Of a stretch of 64,000 bases of DNA, positions 1-9,188 are shown one piece after another (position 1 is the first letter of the stretch; the number at the start of each line of letters is the position of its first letter). Origin of the DNA: Myxococcota bacterium (GTDB taxonomy: Bacteria > Myxococcota_A > UBA9160 > UBA4427); contig JAYZFK010000006.1 in assembly GCA_036336835.1 (NCBI GenBank), positions 19,217 through 83,216 of the forward strand. The letters are read 5' to 3'. The position numbers and the translations under genes were made by a program. The notes beneath the pieces were generated by a model that searched no databases, was not told the DNA's origin, and was given only the letters and a program-made list of their open reading frames with translations.

Positions 1-67
1 GGACGTTGAAGCGCACGGCGTCTCCCAGCGACTCGCGCAGCGCCGCTCGTGCTTCGGGCGCGATCAT
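1..67 (-). CDS. murB: 5' end of probable UDP-N-acetylmuramate dehydrogenase (truncated by window edge)
   Basis: ATG at 67 overlaps the murC stop (ATGA); reads MIAPEARAALRESLGDAVRFNV; position after murC in the dcw cluster. Confidence 0.6.
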   Translation of the reverse strand, partial: MIAPEARAALRESLGDAVRFNV

Positions 68-1470
68 CGTTCTTCTCCGCGCGCGAGCGCTGCGAGCAGC
101 CGCCCGCCTACGCTCGACACGCTTCCGGCGCCGAGCGTGATCACCAGGTCGCCCGCGCGAAGCTCCGGCGCCAGCGCCTCGGGCAGCTCCTCGAGCTCGG
201 CTACGAAGCGCACGTCGCGGTGACCGGCCGCGCGCACCGCGCTGGCGAGCGCCGCCGAGTCGACACCGGGCAGCTTGTCCTCTCCCGCCGCGTAGACCTC
301 GGTGAGCACCAGCACGTCCGCGTCGTGAAAGGCGCGCGCGAACTCATCGAACAGGTCGCGCGTGCGTGTGTAGCGGTGGGGTTGGAACACAGCGACGATG
401 CGCCCATCGCCTACCGTGCGTGCTGCGGCCAGCGTGGCGCGCAGCTCGACCGGGTGGTGGCCGTAGTCGTCGACGACGGTGACGCCGCGCTCGGTGCCCT
501 TCCTCTCGAAGCGTCGCTCGACGCCGCCGAAGCTTCCGACAGCCTGGGCAACCTGCGCGAACGGCACTGCGAGCTCGTCGGCGACAGCCACCGCGGCGAG
601 CGTGTTCAGGGCGTTGTGCTCACCCACGAGCGGGACCGTCACGGGCCCCAGCCGCTGCCCGCGTCGCGTGACCTCGAAGCGCACGCTGTAGCCCTTGGCG
701 TGGATGTCGCTCGCCACCCAGTCCGCCTGGGGACTGGTGCCGTAGGTCGTCGTGCGCCGCGTGAGCGTCGGCAGCACCGCCTGGACCCCGGGGTGGTCGA
801 GGCAGACGATCGCGCATCCCCAGAAGGGGATCCGGTTCGCGAAGGTGGCGAACGCCTGGTGCAGCGCGGCTTCGCTGCCGTAGTGGTCCATGTGCTCGGG
901 GTCGATGTTGGTGATGACGGCGATCACGGGTGCGAGCTGCAGGAACAAGCCGTCGCTCTCGTCGGCCTCGGCCACCAGCCAGGAGCCGGCACCGCGTCGC
1001 GTCGTGCTTGGATCGCCCGTGCCGAGCACGCGTCCGCCGATCACCGCGGTCGGGTCGAGCCCGGTGGCGCTGAGGACGTGGGTAACCAGCGAAGCAGTGG
1101 TCGTCTTGCCGTGTGTTCCCGCGATCGCGATGCCCTGTTGTAGCCGCATCAGCTCGGCGAGCATTTCGGCGCGCGGGATCACCGGGATCTTGCGGCGCTT
1201 GGCGCACTGCAGCTCGGGGTTCGTCGCCCGTACCGCCGACGAGTAGACCAGCACGTCCGCCTCGCCGACGTTCGCCTCGTCGTGTCCGATCGCGACCTCG
1301 ATGCCGAGCGAGCGCAAGCGCTCCACGGTCGTGCCCTCCTGGAGATCGGAGCCCGACACCGCGACGCCCTGCAGATGGAGCAGCTCGGCGAGTCCGCACA
1401 TGCCGATGCCGCCGATGCCGACGAAGTGCACGTGCCGCGTGCGACCGAACATCTCGTTGCCGCTCGTCAT
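64..1470 (-). CDS. murC: UDP-N-acetylmuramate--L-alanine ligase
   Basis: HFVGIGGIGM, AGTHGKTTT, EADESD, DDYGHHP, FQPHRYTRT motifs; start reassigned to MTSGNEM, which overlaps the murG stop. Confidence 0.97.
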   Translation of the reverse strand: MTSGNEMFGRTRHVHFVGIGGIGMCGLAELLHLQGVAVSGSDLQEGTTVERLRSLGIEVAIGHDEANVGEADVLVYSSAVRATNPELQCAKRRKIPVIPRAEMLAELMRLQQGIAIAGTHGKTTTASLVTHVLSATGLDPTAVIGGRVLGTGDPSTTRRGAGSWLVAEADESDGLFLQLAPVIAVITNIDPEHMDHYGSEAALHQAFATFANRIPFWGCAIVCLDHPGVQAVLPTLTRRTTTYGTSPQADWVASDIHAKGYSVRFEVTRRGQRLGPVTVPLVGEHNALNTLAAVAVADELAVPFAQVAQAVGSFGGVERRFERKGTERGVTVVDDYGHHPVELRATLAAARTVGDGRIVAVFQPHRYTRTRDLFDEFARAFHDADVLVLTEVYAAGEDKLPGVDSAALASAVRAAGHRDVRFVAELEELPEALAPELRAGDLVITLGAGSVSSVGGRLLAALARGEER

Positions 1471-2564
1471 CCCGCCTCCGCTGGCTTCAGGCGTCGGGTG
1501 CACGCGTCGATCACTGCGGCGGCCGCGTCGGGGCGGGCGAGGCCGAAGGCGGCCTCGCTCATCGCGTCGAGCCGGTCGGGCTGCTCGAACCAGCGGCACA
1601 GCGCGTCCACGATCGTTTCGGGGTCGAGGGCGCGAGAATCGAGCTGTAGCGCGGCACCGGCTCGCTCGAGTGCGGCAGCGTTTGCGCTCTGGTGGTCGTC
1701 AGCGGCGAACGGGTAGGGCACCAGGATGGCCGGCAAGCCGGCGAGCGCGAGTTCGCCGACGGTGATCGCACCGGAGCGGCACACTGCAACGTCTGCCCAG
1801 CTGTAACGCGCGGGCATGTTCGGCTCGAACGCGACCACCTCGGCCGCCACGTCCGTCTCTCGGTACGCGGCCGCGACTCGCTCGAGGTCGGACTCGCCGG
1901 TCTGGTGGAAGATCTCGAGCGGCAGCGGCGCGAGCTCGGGCAGTGCCGCGATCATGGCGTCGTTGATCTGCTTCGCGCCCTGGCTACCGCCGAGCACGAG
2001 CAGGCGAAACGGCGAGGCCGGCTTGCGGCGAGCACCGGTGTTGGCGAAGCGTTCGATCAATTCGCGTCGCAGTGGGATGCCGACACACTGTACGCGCCGG
2101 GCCGCCGAGCCGAACTGGTGTCTGCTCGTCTCGAGCCCCACGAAGATGTCGCGTGCAAGACGCGCCGCTAGCTTGTTGACGCGGCCGGGGATGGCGTTCG
2201 GCTCGAGCAACGCGAGCGGTGTGCGGCGCAGGGTTGCGGCCAGGATCGCGGGCATCGCGGCGTAGCCCCCGACGCTGATCACCGCCTCGGCGCGAACGCG
2301 CGCGTGTTCGCGCAGGGCCGGGAGCGCCGCAGCGACGAGCGACAGTGCGCCCAGTGCACGACCCACCAGGCTGCGTCCCATGACCTGGCGCGCCGGCAGG
2401 GCGACCAGCTCGAAGCCCGCCTCCGGGACCCAGCGGGCCTCGAAGCCGCGATCGCTGCCGATGAACAGCACCTGCTCGCCGCGGCGCGCGATCTCCTCGC
2501 CGAGCGCAAGCGCCAGGGTCACGTGTCCGCCCGTGCCGCCGCCCGCGATCACCCAGGACCTCAT
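1467..2564 (-). CDS. murG: Lipid II N-acetylglucosaminyltransferase
   Basis: GGGTGGH, GGY, LGGSQGA, RSGA, HQxxNA motifs; start MRSWVIAGGG. Confidence 0.97.
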   Translation of the reverse strand: MRSWVIAGGGTGGHVTLALALGEEIARRGEQVLFIGSDRGFEARWVPEAGFELVALPARQVMGRSLVGRALGALSLVAAALPALREHARVRAEAVISVGGYAAMPAILAATLRRTPLALLEPNAIPGRVNKLAARLARDIFVGLETSRHQFGSAARRVQCVGIPLRRELIERFANTGARRKPASPFRLLVLGGSQGAKQINDAMIAALPELAPLPLEIFHQTGESDLERVAAAYRETDVAAEVVAFEPNMPARYSWADVAVCRSGAITVGELALAGLPAILVPYPFAADDHQSANAAALERAGAALQLDSRALDPETIVDALCRWFEQPDRLDAMSEAAFGLARPDAAAAVIDACTRRLKPAEAG

Positions 2565-3778
2565 CGGCGGCGGCCTCGCGGCTCTGTCCGGCTGGCCTGG
2601 CGGCCGGCTGAGAGCAACACCCCCAGCACGACGCAGCACACGACGAGCGATGTGCCGCCGTGCGACAGGAACGGCAGCGTCAGCCCCTTGGTCGGCACGA
2701 GCCCCATTACGACCGCTGCGTTGACGGCAGCTGGCACCGTCAGCAGCGAGGTCATTGCCAGCGCGAGCAGCAGGGCGAAGCGATCCTTCGACTGCCACGC
2801 GATGCGGGTTCCTGCGACCCACAGCGCGGCGAAGCAGCCCAGGACGAGCAGCACTCCCAGCAGGCCGAGCTCCTCGGCAATCAGCGCCAGGATGAAATCG
2901 GTGTGGCCCTCCGGCAGGTAGCTGAGCTTCTGGCGGCCGGCACCGAGGCCGAGCCCGACTACGCCGCCCTTGCCGAAGGCGACGAACGACTGCACCAGCT
3001 GGAAGCCCACGCCCAGCGGATCCTTCCACGGGTCGATGAAGCCGATCACGCGGCGCAGCGCGTACTCGTGTGTGGCGATGTAGCCGGCGATGCCCCCTGC
3101 GGCCAGCAACCCGGGCGCCAGCAGCCGGCGGACCGGTGTGCCGGCGGCGATCAGCACCAGGGTTGCGAGCGCCGCCAACAGCACGGCGTTGCCAAAATCA
3201 GGCTGGCGCACGAGCAGCGCGACGGGCAGTGCGACGATCGCGACCGCTGCGGCGTCGCGCCCCACCGAAAGCTCTCGCCGGCCCGGGTTGCGCGCGACCA
3301 CCGCGCATACGGCCAGCAGGGTCGCGAGCTTTGCGATCTCGACCGGCTGGAAGCGGATGCCAAGGCCCGGGAGCGGTAGCCAGCGCGTTGCGCCGTTGAC
3401 CTCGATACCGATCAGATGGTTGGCGAGCAGCAGCGCGACAGCGACGAGCCAGGCCGGCAGCGCGAGCGCGCGAAGCACATGCAGCGGGGTGAGCATGGCG
3501 GCCGTTGCGGCGACGAGCCCGACGGCGAGTGCACCGACGTGCTCGACGAACAGCGGCGGCAGCAATCGGTCGAGTGCCAGTGGGGCTGTCGAGCTGTAGC
3601 TCATCAGCACGCCGATCCCGAGCAGCCCGCCAGCGGCGAGCAGGGCGCCGCCGTCGAGGCGCATTGCCTCCAGCGGGCGGTCGGCGAATCCGGCCGCCGG
3701 CGCACGGGCCCCGCGATGTCGGGCGGCCACCCGTTGGCTGCTGCTGCCGCGGCCCCGGCCTTGCTTGCGCCCGCTCAC
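2561..3778 (-). CDS. ftsW: Peptidoglycan polymerase FtsW (SEDS family)
   Basis: Multi-TM protein; NGATRW, FQPVEIAK, QPDFG, LPEGHTDFI, PTKGLTLPFLSHGG; between murD and murG. Confidence 0.95.
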   Translation of the reverse strand: MSGRKQGRGRGSSSQRVAARHRGARAPAAGFADRPLEAMRLDGGALLAAGGLLGIGVLMSYSSTAPLALDRLLPPLFVEHVGALAVGLVAATAAMLTPLHVLRALALPAWLVAVALLLANHLIGIEVNGATRWLPLPGLGIRFQPVEIAKLATLLAVCAVVARNPGRRELSVGRDAAAVAIVALPVALLVRQPDFGNAVLLAALATLVLIAAGTPVRRLLAPGLLAAGGIAGYIATHEYALRRVIGFIDPWKDPLGVGFQLVQSFVAFGKGGVVGLGLGAGRQKLSYLPEGHTDFILALIAEELGLLGVLLVLGCFAALWVAGTRIAWQSKDRFALLLALAMTSLLTVPAAVNAAVVMGLVPTKGLTLPFLSHGGTSLVVCCVVLGVLLSAGRQASRTEPRGRRR

Positions 3779-5136
3779 GCGCGAGCCCCGGTGCCGGCGA
3801 GTCGCTCGACGCAGGCGCGGAATGCGTTGCCGCGGTCGGCGAAGCTCTCGAACTGATCGAAGCTCGCACAGGCGGGTGCCAGGAGGACGATGTCGCCCCG
3901 CTCTGCCAGCGCGGCAGCGCGCTCCACCGCTCTTGCGAGTGTCTCACAGCGTTCACGCGCGACGGAGGCGGGCAAGCAGGCGTCGAGGGCGTGGCTCGCC
4001 TCACCGATCAACAGCGCCGTGCGCACACTCGGCTCGGCTGCCTCGACCAGCGGTGCGAAATCCAGCCCCTTGTCCCGGCCGCCGGCAATCCACAGCACGC
4101 GCCCGCCGAGCCCCTCGATCGCGCGCGCCGCGGCAGCCGGATTGGTCGCCTTGGAATCGTTGATGTAGCGAACGCCCGCGATCTCGGCGACCAACTCGCC
4201 GCGGTGCGGCAGTCCGCGGAACGTGGGCAGCGCCTCGGCTGCACGGTCGAGATCGGCGCCGAGCGCCATGGCCGCACACAGCGCCATCGCCGCGTTGTCT
4301 CGGTTGTGGCTGCCGGGGATCGACAGCGACTCCAGGCCGATGCGCCGGCCGTCCACCCCGTCGCGCAGGACCACCGCGTTGCCGTCGAGCCAGGCGCCGG
4401 GATCCTGGGGCCGGTGTCGAGAGAAGCGGAACACGCGCGCCTTTGCCGCGGACGCCAGTTCCTCGACCAGCGGATCATCTGCGTTGATCACTGCAGCGTC
4501 GTCATCGCGCTGGTTCTCGAGGATGCGCCCCTTCGCGGCGACATAGCTGCGCAGGTCGCCGTGGCGATCCAGATGGTCGGGTGTGATGTTGAGGATCAGC
4601 GCGACAGTCGGCCGGAAGGCCTCGATGGTATCGAGCTGGAACGACGAAACCTCGAGCACCGCCACGTCGAGCGGCTGGCCGACGAGGTCGAGCGCAGGCT
4701 GCCCGAGATTGCCGCCGGCTGCAGCGCGAAGTCCTGCGCCGCCCAGCAGCGCTTCGAGGAGGCAGGTCGTGGTCGATTTGCCGTTGGTTCCCGTGACGGC
4801 GGCGATCGGAATCGGCAGCGCGCGGTAGGCAAGCTCGATGTCGCCCCAGATGCGGGCCTGCGCGGTCGGCTCGGCATAGCGCTCGCGCGGCACGCCCGGA
4901 CTTGGCACGACCAAGTCGAACCCGACGGCATTGGGCAACTGCTGGCCACAGCGCAGCTCCACGCTCGGGCCGAGCTCGTCCAGATCGCGGAGCTCTGATT
5001 CCGGGCGCTCGTCGGCCGCAACGACATGAGCGCCGCGCTCTGCGCAGAAGCGCGCCGCGCTGCGCCCGGACACGCCAAGCCCCAGCACCAGCACGCGGGT
5101 GTCGACGAGTTCGATCAATCCCGCCTGTTCTCCCAT
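3775..5136 (-). CDS. murD: UDP-MurNAc-L-Ala--D-glutamate ligase
   Basis: VTGTNGKSTT, EVSSFQL, DHLDRH, NDSKATN, PACASFDQF. Confidence 0.97.
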   Translation of the reverse strand: MGEQAGLIELVDTRVLVLGLGVSGRSAARFCAERGAHVVAADERPESELRDLDELGPSVELRCGQQLPNAVGFDLVVPSPGVPRERYAEPTAQARIWGDIELAYRALPIPIAAVTGTNGKSTTTCLLEALLGGAGLRAAAGGNLGQPALDLVGQPLDVAVLEVSSFQLDTIEAFRPTVALILNITPDHLDRHGDLRSYVAAKGRILENQRDDDAAVINADDPLVEELASAAKARVFRFSRHRPQDPGAWLDGNAVVLRDGVDGRRIGLESLSIPGSHNRDNAAMALCAAMALGADLDRAAEALPTFRGLPHRGELVAEIAGVRYINDSKATNPAAAARAIEGLGGRVLWIAGGRDKGLDFAPLVEAAEPSVRTALLIGEASHALDACLPASVARERCETLARAVERAAALAERGDIVLLAPACASFDQFESFADRGNAFRACVERLAGTGARA

Positions 5137-5149
5137 CGAGTAGACGTAC

Positions 5150-6223
5150 CTAACGAAGCTTCAGCGACGAGAGCGCGACCAGACCGAGGATGATCGAGAT
5201 GATCCAGAAGCGGACCACGATCTTCTGCTCCGCCCAGCCGAGCTGCTCGTAGTGGTGGTGGATCGGCGCCATCAGGAAGACTCGGCGCCCGGTGAGCTTG
5301 AACGACGAGACCTGGATGATCACCGAGAGGGTCTCCACCACGAACACCCCGCCGACCACGGCGAGTAGGATCTCCTGGCGGATCAGCACGGCGATGGTGC
5401 CGAGCGCGCCCCCGAGTGCCAGGGCGCCCACGTCGCCCATGAACAGCTGCGCGGGCGACGCGTTGAACCACAGGAAGCCGAGTCCGCCTCCGACCAGCGC
5501 GCCGCAAAAGATTGCAAGTTGGCCACTGCCCGGGACGTACTTGATCTGGAGGTAGTCGGAGATCACCGAGTGGCCCGCCGCGTAGGCCAGGACCAGGAAC
5601 ACGCCCGCCGTGATCATTACCGGACCGATCGCCAGACCATCGAGGCCGTCGGTCAGGTTCACGCCGTTGCTAGCCGCGACGATGATGAAGGCGGCGAGCG
5701 GAACGTACAACCCACCGATGTTGGGCGTGAACGTCTTGAAGAAGGGCACGGCCAGCTCGTGATCGAAGGCCGGGTCGTTGTAGATCGCGAATCCGACGAT
5801 CACCGCCATCAACACCTGCCACAAGATTTTCGTGCGGGCGGCGATCCCGGCGCTGCTGCCCTCGGTCACCTTCTTGTAGTCGTCGATGAAGCCGAGGATG
5901 CCGTAGCCAATCGTCAGTCCGAGCACGATCCAGACCATCCGGTTCGTGAGGTCCGACCACAGCAGGACGGAGACCGCGAGTGACAGCAGGATCAGCAGTC
6001 CCCCCATCGTGGGGGTGCCTTCCTTGGACTGGTGGTCGGGACCGATCTCGCGGATCGGCTGTCCAACGTGCAGCGCGCCCAGCCCTCGGATGACCCACGG
6101 CCCGAGAACGAAACAGACGAACAGTGCGGTCAACGTCGCGGCAGCGGTGCGGAAGGTGATGTAGCGGACGACATTGAAGCCGCCGAAGTGTTCCGCCAGC
6201 GGGAAGAGCAGGTGGTAGAGCAT
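5150..6223 (-). CDS. mraY: Phospho-N-acetylmuramoyl-pentapeptide transferase
   Basis: KEGTPTMGG, NLTDGLDGL, FMGDVG, APIHHHYE; start MLYHLL. Confidence 0.97.
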   Translation of the reverse strand: MLYHLLFPLAEHFGGFNVVRYITFRTAAATLTALFVCFVLGPWVIRGLGALHVGQPIREIGPDHQSKEGTPTMGGLLILLSLAVSVLLWSDLTNRMVWIVLGLTIGYGILGFIDDYKKVTEGSSAGIAARTKILWQVLMAVIVGFAIYNDPAFDHELAVPFFKTFTPNIGGLYVPLAAFIIVAASNGVNLTDGLDGLAIGPVMITAGVFLVLAYAAGHSVISDYLQIKYVPGSGQLAIFCGALVGGGLGFLWFNASPAQLFMGDVGALALGGALGTIAVLIRQEILLAVVGGVFVVETLSVIIQVSSFKLTGRRVFLMAPIHHHYEQLGWAEQKIVVRFWIISIILGLVALSSLKLR

Positions 6224-7629
6224 CAGCGCGCCTCCAATCCTTCGAGCGCGGCTACCACGCGCTCCATGTGCATTGCACGTGAACCCTTGACGAGGATCCA
6301 ATCGCCGGGTTGCGCGAGTGCGGCAACTCGCTCGGCGGCGTCATCGTGCGAGGTGACGGTCGCCACGGCGTCGGCGGACAGGCCCGCCTCGATTGCGCCC
6401 TGGCAGACGAGTGGTGCGCGCTCACCGAGCGCGAACAGCGCGTCGATGCCGAGCCGGGCCGCATGTGCCCCGGTCTCGCGATGGGCGGGATCGGCTGCGT
6501 CGCCGAGCTCGCCCATGTCGCCGACTACGGCGATCGCGTGGGCGCCGCTCGCGAGCGAACGCAGGCTCTCGAGCGCCTGGGCCATCGAATCGGGGTTGGC
6601 GTTGTAGCTGTCGTCGATCAAGGTGACGCCCGAGCCGAGTGGCACCGGGGTCATCCGGCCGGCGATTGGCTGATAGCCGCTGAGGCCCTGCGCCACCTGG
6701 CCGAGGGACAGGCCCGCGGCCAGTCCGATCGCGGTCGCGGCGAGCGCGTTGATCACCGTCGTCTCCGACAGCCCGCGCACTGCGACTTCGCAGCTCGCCT
6801 CGGGTGCCTCGATCTCGAACGCGAAGCGGCCGGCCTCGAAGCGCACCGAGCGCGCGCGGACGTCCGCTCGGGCGCTTCGGCCGTAGCCGAGGCGGGGACA
6901 GGGCGCCCGCCCGGCCTGTTCGGCCACGCGTGGGTCGTCCAGGTTCGCGCACGCGATCCCGCCGGCCGGAAGCGCCGCGTACAGGTCGCCTTTCTCGTCG
7001 GCGATCTCCTCCTGGCTGCCCAGAAACTCGATGTGTGCCGTCCCGATGTTGGTCACCAATCCGATGCCGGGCTCGGCGATCGCCGCCAGGCGCGCGATCT
7101 CGCCGCGGTGGTTCATGCCCAGCTCGATGACGGCCAGCTCGTGCTGCGGCTCGCGCGCGAGTAGCGTGAGCGGCAGGCCGTACTCGTTGTTCAGATTGCC
7201 TCGCGTCGCGAGGCAGGGGGCCTGTACCGACAGCACGGTCGCGCACATCTCCTTGGTGGTGGTCTTGCCACTGCTTCCAGTCAGTCCCACGACCGCACCG
7301 CGAAAACCGGCGCGGTGGCCGTGTGCGACGGCGCCCAGGGCGCGAGTCGTGTCGTCGACCTCGACGATTGCCAGCGGTGCGCGTTGCTCGTCGAGGGAGC
7401 CCCGACCGCGCTCGACGACCAGCGCGCGAGCTCCCGCATCGGCCGCGACCGCCAGGTGGTCGTGCCCGTCGTGGTTCGGTCCGCGAATGGCGAAGAAGAA
7501 CATGCCCTCGCGCAGCGTGCGCGTGTCGATCGAGGCGCCATCTGCGCGTGTCTCGGCATCCCCGCGCAGCAGCACACCGTCGGTCCACCGGGCGACGTCA
7601 CCGGCCGAGAAGGGGACGCATCCATTCAC
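6223..7629 (-). CDS. murF: UDP-MurNAc-tripeptide--D-Ala-D-Ala ligase
   Basis: TGSSGKTTTKE, NLNNEYGLP, ELGMNH, DDSYNANP, VKGSR; GTG start overlapping the murE stop. Confidence 0.96.
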   Translation of the reverse strand: MNGCVPFSAGDVARWTDGVLLRGDAETRADGASIDTRTLREGMFFFAIRGPNHDGHDHLAVAADAGARALVVERGRGSLDEQRAPLAIVEVDDTTRALGAVAHGHRAGFRGAVVGLTGSSGKTTTKEMCATVLSVQAPCLATRGNLNNEYGLPLTLLAREPQHELAVIELGMNHRGEIARLAAIAEPGIGLVTNIGTAHIEFLGSQEEIADEKGDLYAALPAGGIACANLDDPRVAEQAGRAPCPRLGYGRSARADVRARSVRFEAGRFAFEIEAPEASCEVAVRGLSETTVINALAATAIGLAAGLSLGQVAQGLSGYQPIAGRMTPVPLGSGVTLIDDSYNANPDSMAQALESLRSLASGAHAIAVVGDMGELGDAADPAHRETGAHAARLGIDALFALGERAPLVCQGAIEAGLSADAVATVTSHDDAAERVAALAQPGDWILVKGSRAMHMERVVAALEGLEAR

Positions 7630-9188
7630 GGGGAACTCCGCGCACCGAGTGCGCGCCGCGCCTCGACGCGGTCGTCGAACGGGAGCTTCTTGCGCCCGAT
7701 GATCTGATAGTCCTCGTGACCCTTGCCGGCGATCACCACGGTGTCGTCGGGATTGGCGCTCGCGATCGCCAGGGCGATGGCTTCGCGGCGATCCCGGAGC
7801 ACGCAGTAGCCGCCGCGCGCGCCGCCGAAGGAGTCGGGCTCGATGCGCGACATCGCGGTCAGGCCGGCCTCTACGTCGCGCAGGATCGCATTCGCGTCCT
7901 CGGTGCGAGGGTTGTCGCTCGTGGCGATCGCGCGGTCGGCGCTGCGCGCCACTGCCGCGGCCATCAGCGGTCTCTTGGCCTTGTCGCGGTCGCCGCCGCA
8001 GCCGAATACGGCGACGAGATCTCCGCGTGTCAGCGGCCGCACGGCCTGCAGCAGCTTCTCGACGGCGTCGGGCGTGTGGGCGTAGTCGACGAGTATCGTC
8101 GGCGCTTCTGCAACGGGGCCCGAGCCACCGGGCTCGACGCGCTCCATGCGCCCCGGCACCTGCGGGCACGAGGCAGTGCCCTCCGCGACTGCGGAGGGCT
8201 CGATGCCGAGGGCCGCGGCCACGCCACAGGCCACCAACAGGTTCTCGAGGTTGAAGTCGCCGAGCAGGGGCAGGTCGAGCTCGAGCGGTCCGTGCTCCGG
8301 CCAGTCGACCGTTGCCCGCGTCCCCTCGAGTGTGGCGTCGGCCGCCAGCAGCCTCAGCTCGGCGTCGCGCTCTGGATCGCGCGTACAGCGCCAGAGCGTG
8401 GCGCCCACGCTCTGCGCGATCGCGGCGAGCTTCTCACCGGCCGGGTCGTCGACGTTGATCACCGCGGCGCCACCCGGCGACAGGTGGTCTCGGAACAGCC
8501 GGGCCTTGGACACGAGGTAGGCGTCCATGCTGCCGTGGAAGTCGAGGTGGTCCTGCGTGAGATTGGTGAAGGCCCCCACGCGGAAGCTGCAGCCCGTGAC
8601 GCGGCCGAGCTCGAGGCCGTGAGACGAGACCTCCATCACGACGGCCTCGATGCTCAGCGTCAGCATGGAGCGCAGCAGTCGCTGCAGGTCGAGGCTTTCG
8701 GGAGTCGTGTTGACGGCGGCCAGTCGTTCGGCCGCGTAGCGAATTTCGACGGTGCCGATCAAGCCGGTGCGAAGTCCGGCCCGGGCGAGGATCGACTCGA
8801 CCAGATAGGTCGTGCTCGTCTTGCCGTTGGTTCCGGTGACGCCGATCAGCGTGCACTCGGTCGCGGGATCGCCATAGAAGCGCGCAGCCAGCAGGGCCAG
8901 CGCGCGGCGCGTGTCGGGGACGATGATCCACGACCGGTCCGGGTGGGGCAAACCGTCGGGCGCCCGTTCCACCAGCAGTGCGGCAGCACCGAGCGTTGTC
9001 GCCTGCTCCAGGTAGTCGTGGCCGTCGGAGACCGCCCCGCGCAGCGCCACGAACAGATCACCCGGCGCGACCGAGCGCGAGTCGTAGGTCAATCCGCGGA
9101 TCACCGGATCATCGGAAGCTCCGGTGCGGTGCCACTCGATGGGTGCGCGCCCGTCGGACAGAGCGCTGAGGAGGGAGGTGAGTCGCAT
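7626..9188 (-). CDS. murE: UDP-MurNAc-dipeptide--meso-diaminopimelate ligase
   Basis: GVTGTNGKTST, EVSSH, DHLDFH, DYAHTPD, DNPR (mDAP-type), AGKGHE. Confidence 0.97.
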   Translation of the reverse strand: MRLTSLLSALSDGRAPIEWHRTGASDDPVIRGLTYDSRSVAPGDLFVALRGAVSDGHDYLEQATTLGAAALLVERAPDGLPHPDRSWIIVPDTRRALALLAARFYGDPATECTLIGVTGTNGKTSTTYLVESILARAGLRTGLIGTVEIRYAAERLAAVNTTPESLDLQRLLRSMLTLSIEAVVMEVSSHGLELGRVTGCSFRVGAFTNLTQDHLDFHGSMDAYLVSKARLFRDHLSPGGAAVINVDDPAGEKLAAIAQSVGATLWRCTRDPERDAELRLLAADATLEGTRATVDWPEHGPLELDLPLLGDFNLENLLVACGVAAALGIEPSAVAEGTASCPQVPGRMERVEPGGSGPVAEAPTILVDYAHTPDAVEKLLQAVRPLTRGDLVAVFGCGGDRDKAKRPLMAAAVARSADRAIATSDNPRTEDANAILRDVEAGLTAMSRIEPDSFGGARGGYCVLRDRREAIALAIASANPDDTVVIAGKGHEDYQIIGRKKLPFDDRVEARRALGARSSP